Below are positions 1-6,154 of a stretch of DNA of 16,293 bases, piece after piece. The position numbers and the translations under genes are program-made. Source of the stretch: a bacterium. GTDB taxonomy: Bacteria; Patescibacteriota; Minisyncoccia; JBDRLZ01. Below the pieces are notes generated by a model. It saw only the letters and a program-made list of their open reading frames with translations. It was not told the origin of the DNA and ran no database searches. Each line of letters begins with the position of its first letter. The stretch's first letter is position 1. The DNA lies in assembly GCA_043812555.1 (NCBI GenBank), contig JBDRLZ010000034.1, positions 1-16,293 on the forward strand, given 5' to 3'.

Positions 1-24
1 AAACTTGAAAGACTGTCTTGGGGA

Positions 25-1281
25 TTGTTTTTACAGATAATGATTTTTATCGCGCTTTTAGCTGGCCTTATTCACAGCGAATGGGCTTTGGGTTTGTTAA
101 TTTGGTTAGCGCGAAAAATCAAGAATATGCTAATCAGATTACAGATAGATTATCATGAGACCATTGATGATTTTATTGTTCAGTTGCAGAAAGCTGGCAA
201 AAAAATCAAAATAGCTGTTAAAATTTTATGCTTGATTTTTATTAGCTTAATTTTAGCCAGCATTATTTTGCTTTTATGGCATCAGCCGGTTTATGCGGCT
301 TTATGCGTTTTAATTCTAGCCATTGGGCCATTTTTATTAGCTCATGCTTTAAGCGCTGCGGCTTTGGATTTAATTGCTATGCCAATAGCAGGTTTGGCTG
401 CTTGGCTATTGCTGATTGCTTTTAATTTTATTGTCTGGCCGCCAGGAACAATTATGCTTGGCTGGCGATTGAGCATTTTAATTCTCTTAATGCTTATCTC
501 TTCGGTTTTTGTTATCAGCGGCCGCAAAACCAGAGGACTGCCTCTTGTTTTGGCTATTACTCTGTCAGTCTCTATAATGATTTATTCATCATCTTCTTTT
601 CTGCAAGCTGTTGGCCATAAGTTAGGCGGCAAATTCGCCATAGGCACTGCTTCAAGCAACCGCTGGGCAGGCGCAGATCAAAGAAAAGCTGAAGCAATTA
701 GAGAGTTTACTAAAGGCATTGTTATTGAAGATGGTTTGTTTAGAGATAAAGATAATCCTCAAAACACTAAGAAAGCTGTTAAGAATATGTCTGTATTGAT
801 TGAATATCAGAGCGGCAAGCCAATTAGGCCGGAACCAGTTTCAGAATTGTCGCGACAATTTAAGGGCAGTTTCTGCAAAGTTTATCTGCCGGATCAAAAT
901 GGCTCGTTTCCAAAAACAGGCCAGGGCTGGTGGATTGAGGATATTAAAATTCAGGATACTAAGCTTTTTGTGCCAAGGGTTTCCAAAGGCGGATTCGCGA
1001 AAATACAAGCGGCAAGCACAGGAAGCGCCAGCGCTAGAACTAGCCGTAGATCTTTTGCAAAATCAATTGTTCTCAAGGGACCAAGTATACCCTCAGAAGC
1101 AATTGATTTAAACAGGTATCCGGCTTATAGAGTAAATTGGTGGGGGCCGGACAATGCCAAAGTGGTATTGGGTGATGGCAGGTCCGGCGATCTCACAAAA
1201 AATTTCGGAACCATCACTGGCCGAGTGTGGTTCCAAGGGCCGGCTGGAGCAACTGTTACAGTTGTCTTCACGCCGAGGTAA
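25..1281 (+). CDS. hypothetical polytopic membrane protein with a soluble ~220-aa C-terminal domain; no family recognised; possibly 5'-partial
   Basis: Long ORF. The N-terminal ~190 aa is a series of hydrophobic helices (IMIFIALLAGLI, ILCLIFISLILASIILLLW, ILILLMLISSVFVI) and the C-terminal half is hydrophilic. TTG at 25 is only the first in-frame start, and the frame has no stop between positions 1 and 24, so the gene may begin upstream of the window. A hairpin plus T-run follows. Confidence 0.6.
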   Translation: MFLQIMIFIALLAGLIHSEWALGLLIWLARKIKNMLIRLQIDYHETIDDFIVQLQKAGKKIKIAVKILCLIFISLILASIILLLWHQPVYAALCVLILAIGPFLLAHALSAAALDLIAMPIAGLAAWLLLIAFNFIVWPPGTIMLGWRLSILILLMLISSVFVISGRKTRGLPLVLAITLSVSIMIYSSSSFLQAVGHKLGGKFAIGTASSNRWAGADQRKAEAIREFTKGIVIEDGLFRDKDNPQNTKKAVKNMSVLIEYQSGKPIRPEPVSELSRQFKGSFCKVYLPDQNGSFPKTGQGWWIEDIKIQDTKLFVPRVSKGGFAKIQAASTGSASARTSRRSFAKSIVLKGPSIPSEAIDLNRYPAYRVNWWGPDNAKVVLGDGRSGDLTKNFGTITGRVWFQGPAGATVTVVFTPR

Positions 1282-1310
1282 AAAAGGAGGCAAAAAAATT
1301 CAAAAAATAA

Positions 1311-1347
1311 AAAGGCATCGAAAAAAAACGATGTCCTTTTTTATTTT
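1311..1347 (+). terminator. rho-independent terminator candidate
   Basis: GGCATCG (1314-1320), an A8 loop, then CGATG(T)CC (1329-1336), followed by TTTTTTATTTT. Lies 30 nt after the stop at 1281. Confidence 0.6.
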
Positions 1348-1506
1348 CTAAAAATTATACCAAAAAACTTCTAATCACAAATTCAGCGCCCAAACCTCTT
1401 TAATAATCATAAGCGAAGCTATGTTCTTATTTTAATCTATTTTCAAAACCGCGTCAAATTTTTGTACGAGATGACCACATAGGTAAGGGGGCTTATAGCA
1501 AAAGAC

Positions 1507-2052
1507 ATGGCGGTTGAGGTAATTGACACTTTAAATTCAGTGAATTTATCTGAATACAGAGAAGTTATTAAATACTGCCAGAATTTTGATATTCCTTGCA
1601 ATTTCAGTTTATTCAAACCATTTAAGCCGGAGCATAATGCTTTAATTCCCGATCCCGAAGAAATCTTTGCAATAATTGTGGATTTGCTGAGCTTGCGTTC
1701 TGGCTCTGATGGTTATAAAAAAATTGGCCTGTCTAACGCAGCCATTGTTGCTGATTTACTTGAATTGCCTCAGCGGAATGAATACCGAGCAACCTTGTCG
1801 GGATTAGTGATTGATGTATCCGGACGAATGATTACCTGCCCCTCGCTAGTAGAGGCTGGTTATTACCGAGGAGAGGAATTACCATTTTTTGATGAAAACT
1901 TTTTGGAGACATGGAGAAATCATGAGATGTTCATGAAGTTTAGAGAAAACGGGTTTCGCGAGTGTCAAGCACGCAGTTATATTTTTAGCAAAGATATTAA
2001 GGGCTATGATCCTTATGGAATAAATGCTTTCAAAAAGACTTGGGCCTCCTAA
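1507..2052 (+). CDS. hypothetical protein resembling only the C-terminal (SPASM/auxiliary-region-like) half of a radical SAM enzyme; possible gene fragment
   Basis: DVSGRMITCPS followed by FFDENFLETWRNHEMFMKFRE resembles the 'dG.v.pC ... sl.eiW.s..f...r' layout of SPASM-type C-terminal domains. There is no CxxxCxxC core and no downstream Cys cluster. The 225 nt upstream is non-coding. It has its own strong terminator. Confidence 0.4.
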   Translation: MAVEVIDTLNSVNLSEYREVIKYCQNFDIPCNFSLFKPFKPEHNALIPDPEEIFAIIVDLLSLRSGSDGYKKIGLSNAAIVADLLELPQRNEYRATLSGLVIDVSGRMITCPSLVEAGYYRGEELPFFDENFLETWRNHEMFMKFRENGFRECQARSYIFSKDIKGYDPYGINAFKKTWAS

Positions 2053-2077
2053 TAATAACAATGTTAGCTAAATTTAT

Positions 2078-2112
2078 GCTATTCGTCTTAAACCGGACGA
2101 GTAGCTTTTTTT
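2078..2112 (+). terminator. rho-independent terminator
   Basis: 10-bp stem GCTATTCGTC (2078-2087) / GACGAGTAGC (2096-2105, one G-U pair), 8-nt loop, then T7 (2106-2112). Confidence 0.8.
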
Positions 2113-2192
2113 CCAGAACGATAAAGATCTGGGAGTTAATGACAAGAAAATCAAAAAGGCGGCAGAGCAATATAGATAATATACTACTTTTA

Positions 2193-2201
2193 TGCTATAC
2201 T
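2193..2201 (+). promoter_or_regulatory. extended -10 promoter (TGCTATACT) placed 6 nt before the ftsX ATG; predicts a leaderless mRNA
   Basis: TGnTATACT at 2193-2201 and ATG at 2208. No Shine-Dalgarno in between. A weak -35-like TAGATA lies at 2173-2178. Confidence 0.5.
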
Positions 2202-2207
2202 ACTATT

Positions 2208-3122
2208 ATGAAATTAGTAACTCTAAATCGCGTTATTAAAACAGGGCTTTGCAACTTCTGGCGAAACAGCTGGCTCTCAAGCGTGACCATTAGCATTATG
2301 GCTTTTACTCTTTTGATTATTGGATTTTTGCTTTTTCTTAACACAGCCACCAATGTAATTCTAGATAGCTTGCAGGAGAAAATTGATATCTCTGTTTATT
2401 TTAAGCCTGGCACAAACGAAGAAGAAATTTTTAAAATAAAAAACGAATTAACAGCTTTGCCAGAAATTCAAAATATTACTTATGTTTCCCAAGAAGAAGC
2501 CTTGGCGCGTTTTCGCGAAAAACACAAAGACAATTCTTTAATCAGCCAATCTTTGTCTGAGCTTGACGAGAATCCTCTTGAGCCGTGTTTAAATATCCAA
2601 GCCAAAGAAGCCAGTCTCTACGGCGCTGTTGTTAGTTTTTTAGAAACAAGTCAGTTTAAGCCGTTAATCAGCAATATTAATTATCAGGAAAGCAAAAAAG
2701 ATATTATTGAGCGCTTTGCTTTAATTTCTAAAAACATGCGGCGAGGAGCTTTGGTTTTATCTTTGATTTTTGCTATTATTGCTGTTCTCGTGGCTTTTAA
2801 CGCTATTCGGCTGGCGATTTATGACTCAAGGCAGGAGGTTGAAATTATGCGCTTGGTCGGAGCAAGAAATTGGTTTATTAGGGGTCCGTTTATTGTCAGC
2901 GGCTTGCTTTACGGAATAATTGGCGCTATTATTTGTTTGATTTTGCTTTATGCTGGCATTAACCTTGTTTCGCCTCAATTAACTGCTTTTGCGCCCAAGC
3001 TTGATTTAATTTTATATTTTCACAACCATATTTTGCTTATTTTTGGTTTAATTTTTTCAAGCGGCATTGCTTTGGGTGTTTTTAGCAGTTTAATCGCGAT
3101 TAGAAAGTATCTTAAAGTTTAG
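2208..3122 (+). CDS. ftsX: cell-division ABC transporter permease-like protein FtsX
   Basis: MKLVTLNRVIKTGLCNFWRNSWLSSVTISIM..., then a periplasmic loop (ISVYFKPGTNEEEIFKIKNELTALPEIQNITYVSQEEALARF) and three C-terminal TM helices. This is the canonical FtsX layout. The start was moved from the track's 2040 to 2208 because 2040-2207 contains a terminator and a promoter. Confidence 0.85.
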   Translation: MKLVTLNRVIKTGLCNFWRNSWLSSVTISIMAFTLLIIGFLLFLNTATNVILDSLQEKIDISVYFKPGTNEEEIFKIKNELTALPEIQNITYVSQEEALARFREKHKDNSLISQSLSELDENPLEPCLNIQAKEASLYGAVVSFLETSQFKPLISNINYQESKKDIIERFALISKNMRRGALVLSLIFAIIAVLVAFNAIRLAIYDSRQEVEIMRLVGARNWFIRGPFIVSGLLYGIIGAIICLILLYAGINLVSPQLTAFAPKLDLILYFHNHILLIFGLIFSSGIALGVFSSLIAIRKYLKV

Positions 3123-3189
3123 TACTTGGGGAGTAGCCAAGCGGCCTGCCCGCATCGCTACGCGAAGCGTTGCGGGCGGGTAAGGCAAT
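3118..3189 (+). repeat. relic copy of the 5' flank plus 5' half of tRNA-Gln (to tRNA position 27), interrupted by a 36-nt GC-rich hairpin
   Basis: 3118-3144 (TTTAGTACTTGGGGAGTAGCCAAGCGG) matches 3431-3457 at 26/27. 3181-3189 (TAAGGCAAT) matches 3458-3466 at 9/9. The copy lacks the anticodon loop, T arm and 3' acceptor strand. Confidence 0.85.
3145..3180 (+). other. 36-nt GC-rich imperfect hairpin inserted in the D-loop position of the relic tRNA half
   Basis: CCTGCCCGCA (3145-3154) pairs with TGCGGGCGGG (3171-3180) with one G-U. An inner ACGC-GAA-GCGT hairpin is present. The segment is absent from the intact tRNA copy and far more GC-rich than its surroundings. No T-run follows. Confidence 0.7.
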
Positions 3190-3435
3190 ATGTATTATAC
3201 CTATGTTTTAAAAAGCAAAAAAGATAAAAACCTGTATGTTGGTTTTACAAGAGATCTTAAAAGACGCTTTATCAAGCACAATAAAGGGTTGATTAGGTCT
3301 ACTGGCAAAAGAAGACCGCTTATTTTAGTATATTATGAAGCATGCCGCAATAAACAAGATGCAGCAAGACGAGAGAAATCTCTTAAAACAGGATTTGGAA
3401 GAGCATATTTAAAAAGAAGGTTAAGCGATATTTAG
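3190..3435 (+). CDS. stand-alone GIY-YIG nuclease-domain protein (COG2827/YhbQ-like, 81 aa)
   Basis: YYTYVLKSKKDKNLYVGFTRDLKRRFIKHNKG...GKRRPLILVYYEACRNKQDAARREKSLK matches the GIY...YxG...R...H/N...E catalytic pattern of small GIY-YIG proteins. No additional DNA-binding domain. Confidence 0.85.
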   Translation: MYYTYVLKSKKDKNLYVGFTRDLKRRFIKHNKGLIRSTGKRRPLILVYYEACRNKQDAARREKSLKTGFGRAYLKRRLSDI

Positions 3436-3466
3436 TATTTGGGGAGTAGCCAAGCGGTAAGGCAAT
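3190..3466 (+). mobile_element. putative one-gene GIY-YIG insertion cassette that carries or regenerates the 5' flank and 5' half of tRNA-Gln
   Basis: This is the segment between the end of the relic tRNA half (3189) and the equivalent point (3466) in the intact tRNA. It holds only the GIY-YIG ORF plus the duplicated 36 nt. Confidence 0.4.
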
Positions 3467-3510
3467 GGACTCTGAATCCATGATCGTAGGTTCGAATCCT
3501 ACCTCCCCAG
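3440..3510 (+). tRNA. tRNA-Gln(CUG): tRNA-Gln, anticodon CUG
   Basis: Hand-folded cloverleaf. Acceptor TGGGGAG/CTCCCCA, D arm GCC-AAGCGGTAA-GGC (as in E. coli tRNA-Gln), anticodon stem ATGGA/TCCAT with loop CTCTGAA, T arm GTAGG-TTCGAAT-CCTAC, discriminator G. CCA is not encoded. Confidence 0.9.
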
Positions 3511-3534
3511 CTTGAATAATTAACATTAAAAAAC

Positions 3535-4251
3535 ATGAATATAAAAATGCAAAACAAAGATTTTTTTATTAAGGCTTTTGTTGTTGCTCTTTTAACGCTT
3601 TTAGTAATTTTTGCCGGCAATGAGCTGATTGATTGGCGCAAGCAGGATAATGTTTTTCAAGTCTCGGCTGACGCTTCAATTTTTGCCAAGCCGGATTTAG
3701 CAAAAGTTAATTTAGAAATTATAAGAGAAAGCAATGCCCTGACTATTCTCCAACAGCAAATAAGCCAAGCTTCAAGCGCCCTAATAGACCAACTAAAAGA
3801 AATCGGCCTTGGAGAAAAAGACATTAAAACAACTAATTATTCTATTTCGCCGAAAACTTCATGGAACAGAGAAACAGGAGAAAGCTATATTTATGGCTTT
3901 AGAGGCGCTTTAGAAGTTGAAGTAAAAATCAGGGATTTTAATAAAATAGATCAAATTATTAGATTAGCCCAGGTTAAAAATTTGAGCTTTGAGATAGAAA
4001 ATAAAGACGAGCTTTTGGCTAAGGCTCGCGAAGAAGCAATTCAAGAGGCAAAAATTAAAGCACGAAAAATAGCTCAAGAAGCAGGCGTGTCTTTGGGCAA
4101 ATTAGTTAATATTAATATTGTTGAGAATCAAGATAATATTTATTCTAGATACGAAGCGCAAGCAATGACTAAAGAAGATCAAGGCGCTCAAATCCAGCCC
4201 GGGGAAAACGAGATTAAAGTTTATGTTAGCTTGAGTTATGAGATTAAATAA
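3535..4251 (+). CDS. SIMPL/DUF541 family protein (YggE-like), with N-terminal membrane anchor or signal
   Basis: N-terminal hydrophobic segment FIKAFVVALLTLLVIFAG. Further landmarks are DLAKVNLEI..., TTNYSISP..., YGFRGALEVEVKIRDFNKIDQII, ELLAKAREEAIQEAKIKARKIAQEAGVSLGKLVNI and IKVYVSLSYEI. This is the typical DUF541 layout. The alternative start at 3547 is not excluded. Confidence 0.75.
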   Translation: MNIKMQNKDFFIKAFVVALLTLLVIFAGNELIDWRKQDNVFQVSADASIFAKPDLAKVNLEIIRESNALTILQQQISQASSALIDQLKEIGLGEKDIKTTNYSISPKTSWNRETGESYIYGFRGALEVEVKIRDFNKIDQIIRLAQVKNLSFEIENKDELLAKAREEAIQEAKIKARKIAQEAGVSLGKLVNINIVENQDNIYSRYEAQAMTKEDQGAQIQPGENEIKVYVSLSYEIK

Positions 4252-4584
4252 ATGCTTAAACAAGTAATTATAATAAATAATAAATTAGATATGTCGGCTG
4301 GCAAGATAGCGGCCCAGGCTTGTCATGCCAGTTTGGGCGCTTTTTTGCGCGCTGATGGCCGCAAAATTCAAGAGTGGCAAGAGCAGGGACAAAAAAAAAT
4401 AATTTGCAAATCAGACGACTTAATAATTTTAAAAAATCTAGCTGATAATTTAGAAATTGCAAATTTTTTAGTCAAAGACGCTGGGCTGACAGAACTTGAA
4501 CCCGGCGCAATTACTGCTTTGGGCTTGGGGCCTGACCAAGAAGAAAAGATTGACAAGATTACAGGAAATTTGATGCTTTATTGA
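4252..4584 (+). CDS. pth2: peptidyl-tRNA hydrolase, PTH2 (archaeal/eukaryotic) type
   Basis: KQVIIINNKLDMSAGKIAAQACHASLGAF...QKKIICK...VKDAGLTELEPGAITALGLGP matches the PTH2 family signature. ATG directly abuts the upstream TAA. Confidence 0.85.
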   Translation: MLKQVIIINNKLDMSAGKIAAQACHASLGAFLRADGRKIQEWQEQGQKKIICKSDDLIILKNLADNLEIANFLVKDAGLTELEPGAITALGLGPDQEEKIDKITGNLMLY

Positions 4585-4588
4585 CCAA

Positions 4589-5596
4589 ATGCACAAGTCC
4601 CAAGTGTTTTTTTGGTTAGTTCTAAGTTTTTTAGCCGGCGTTGCTCTAAGCATAATTGGAGCGTTTACAGCCGGTTTTATTTTAATTTTGGGAATTTTGC
4701 TAATTAGCATTTCTTGGCGCAATAAAAAATTTGTTCTTGCCGGTTTTTGTTTGATTGCTTTATTCTTGGGAATATGCCGCGCAAATTTGCCTGATATAAA
4801 ATTTAATATTAGTTTTTCAGGCCTTTTGCTTCAGGCAAACGCGAGCATAGAAAAAATTCTGCCAGAGCCTCAAGCCAGCTTTTTAGCTGGGCTTTTGTTC
4901 GGTCTTGATAAAAATATTCCAAAAGATTTATTAGAAGATTTTAATAAAACCGGCACTCGGCATATAATTGCCCTGTCCGGCTATAACATAACTATTATTG
5001 CTAGTTTAATAATGAGTTTTTTATTATGGCTTGGCTTTTGGCGCAAACACGCTTTTTATTTGTCTATAATAGCAATTATATTTTTTGTGCTTGTAACCGG
5101 CGCCAGCGCTTCGGTTGTTCGGGCCGCTGTTATGGGCATTTTGGTTTTAATTGCCCAGCAATTTGGCCGGCTTTCTAACCCGCGCAATCTTTTGGCCAGC
5201 GCCGCATTTTTAATGATCTTAAAAGAGCCTAGCGGCCTTTTAGATAATATTGGCTTGCAATTGTCTTTTGCCGCAACTATTGGCATTATTTATTTATCGC
5301 CTTATTTGAAAAAATTGCCGGAAATTTTAAGAACTACTTTGTCAGCGCAGATTGCTGTCAGCCCGTTAATTTTATTTTATTTCAAGCAGATATCTTTGAT
5401 TTCTCCGATTGCAAATTTATTAGTTTTGCCGATTATCCCAATAACTATGCTTTTTGGATTTATTGCTTTGGCAATTAGCCTGCTCTATTTGCCAATCGGC
5501 ATATTTTTATCTTGGCCAGCATGGCTTTTTTTAACTTATGAAATAAAAATTATTGAACTTTTGGCAAAAGTCCCATTCGCGGGCTTGAATTTTTGA
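4589..5596 (+). CDS. comEC: ComEC/Rec2 competence channel (membrane 'Competence' domain only)
   Basis: Polytopic membrane protein with FLAGLLFGLDKNIP...FNKTGTRHIIALSGYNITII...VTGASASVVRAAVMG, the signature core of ComEC/Rec2. It ends before any MBL domain. Confidence 0.8.
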   Translation: MHKSQVFFWLVLSFLAGVALSIIGAFTAGFILILGILLISISWRNKKFVLAGFCLIALFLGICRANLPDIKFNISFSGLLLQANASIEKILPEPQASFLAGLLFGLDKNIPKDLLEDFNKTGTRHIIALSGYNITIIASLIMSFLLWLGFWRKHAFYLSIIAIIFFVLVTGASASVVRAAVMGILVLIAQQFGRLSNPRNLLASAAFLMILKEPSGLLDNIGLQLSFAATIGIIYLSPYLKKLPEILRTTLSAQIAVSPLILFYFKQISLISPIANLLVLPIIPITMLFGFIALAISLLYLPIGIFLSWPAWLFLTYEIKIIELLAKVPFAGLNF

Positions 5597-5636
5597 GAAA
5601 AATAAATTAAAATTATAAAAATGGAGGTGTTAAAAG

Positions 5637-5837
5637 ATGCTTTTGACAAAAGAATTAATAAAGGACATGAACCTTCCTGTTGTTCAAGAAGAGAATGGGG
5701 GCTATCGTTTTCTCCAATCGGTTTGTTTCTTAGACAATGGCCGGGTTTTAATTGGAGACGAAGCAAAAGAATTCAAATGTGTTATTATGTTTTTGATTTT
5801 TAATAATTTAAATGAGTTGCCGCCCAAAGAGGAATGA
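5637..5837 (+). CDS. small hypothetical ORF, possibly a relic with an Hsp70-like N-terminal segment
   Basis: Strongest Shine-Dalgarno I found in the window (GGAGGTG at 5623-5629, 7 nt before the ATG). Residues ~14-46 (PVVQEENGGYRFLQSVCFLDNGRVLIGDEAKE) resemble the DnaK segment 'vleNaeGdRttPSvvaf..dge.lvGq.AK'. The preceding GIDLGTTNS phosphate-1 motif and everything downstream are missing. Confidence 0.3.
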   Translation: MLLTKELIKDMNLPVVQEENGGYRFLQSVCFLDNGRVLIGDEAKEFKCVIMFLIFNNLNELPPKEE

Positions 5838-5950
5838 AAATTAAATTTATAATCTTTGGCAGTCTAGCAATGGCTGCCATTTTATTTTGGATGTGCTATA
5901 ATAAGAACAAATGCAATTATCAGAACTTAAAAAAGAACTGCGGCAAAAAA
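5834..5950 (+). pseudogene. relic duplicate of the 5' end of the downstream MBL (ComEC C-terminal) gene
   Basis: The 38-codon ORF MKIKFIIFGSLAMAAILFWMCY... parallels MPQKSKLIILGSLAITAFLVWLAVY at 6155. Hand alignment of 5840-5893 against 6164-6217 gives about 41/54 nt identical. It then runs out of frame into the next gene. Confidence 0.5.
5894..5902 (+). promoter_or_regulatory. extended -10 promoter (TGCTATAAT) 8 nt before the ATG at 5911; near-leaderless
   Basis: TGnTATAAT at 5894-5902, no SD before the ATG at 5911. It has the same 9-mer core as the ftsX promoter. Confidence 0.5.
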
Positions 5951-6150
5951 TATTAAGCTATATTACAGCCGCTTTTGGCTTAGTAGCGGCTTTGGCATGG
6001 AAAGACGCGATTAGCGCTATGATTGAATATCTTTTTCCATTAAGCCGCAATAATATAATTGCCAAATTTATTTATGCTTTAGTCATGACATTGGTTTTAG
6101 TTGTTATTTCGGTTTATCTGCTCAAGTGGCTGAAAAAAGACGAAGACTAA
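5911..6150 (+). CDS. small two-TM membrane protein, DUF5654-like (family assignment from memory)
   Basis: 79 aa. ITAAFGLVAALAWKDAISAMIEYLFP followed by a second TM helix (FIYALVMTLVLVVISVYLL) and a charged tail. Confidence 0.6.
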   Translation: MQLSELKKELRQKILSYITAAFGLVAALAWKDAISAMIEYLFPLSRNNIIAKFIYALVMTLVLVVISVYLLKWLKKDED

Positions 6151-6154
6151 AAAA

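Noticed and set aside
342-1351. Alternative-frame and antisense ORFs inside or overlapping the first gene (342-527 minus, 800-1111 plus, 1108-1293 minus, 1154-1351 plus)
   Set aside because: All are embedded in the longer 25-1281 ORF or run through its terminator. None has motifs or start signals.
2040-2207. N-terminal 56-codon extension of the ftsX ORF given in the ORF track (start at 2040)
   Set aside because: The stretch contains a strong terminator hairpin plus T7 (2078-2112) and an extended -10 promoter (2193-2201). The recognisable FtsX sequence begins at the ATG at 2208.
3127-3189. The upstream tRNA-like segment as a functional or intron-containing tRNA, or the GIY-YIG ORF as a tRNA intron (group I-like)
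   Set aside because: It lacks the anticodon loop, T arm and 3' acceptor strand. The downstream copy (3440-3510) is already a complete contiguous tRNA-Gln, so no splicing is needed. The break point is in the anticodon stem, not the anticodon loop where bacterial tRNA group I introns sit. No P-helix-like structure was evident.
3100-3435. Extension of the ftsX / GIY-YIG duplication further upstream into the coding 3' ends (AGAAAGTATCTTAAAGTTTAG versus AGAAGGTTAAGCGATATTTAG)
   Set aside because: The similarity needs indels and is short in AT-rich sequence. It cannot be distinguished from chance by eye, so only the 27+9-nt repeat is claimed.
3432-3641. Minus-strand 69-aa ORF
   Set aside because: It runs antisense across tRNA-Gln and the start of the SIMPL gene. 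It has no recognisable motifs and is a shadow ORF.
5621-5803. 60-aa ORF in an alternative frame to 5637-5837
   Set aside because: Its ATG sits inside the GGAGGTG Shine-Dalgarno that is correctly spaced for the ATG at 5637. The product is Cys/Arg/Trp-rich with no recognisable pattern.
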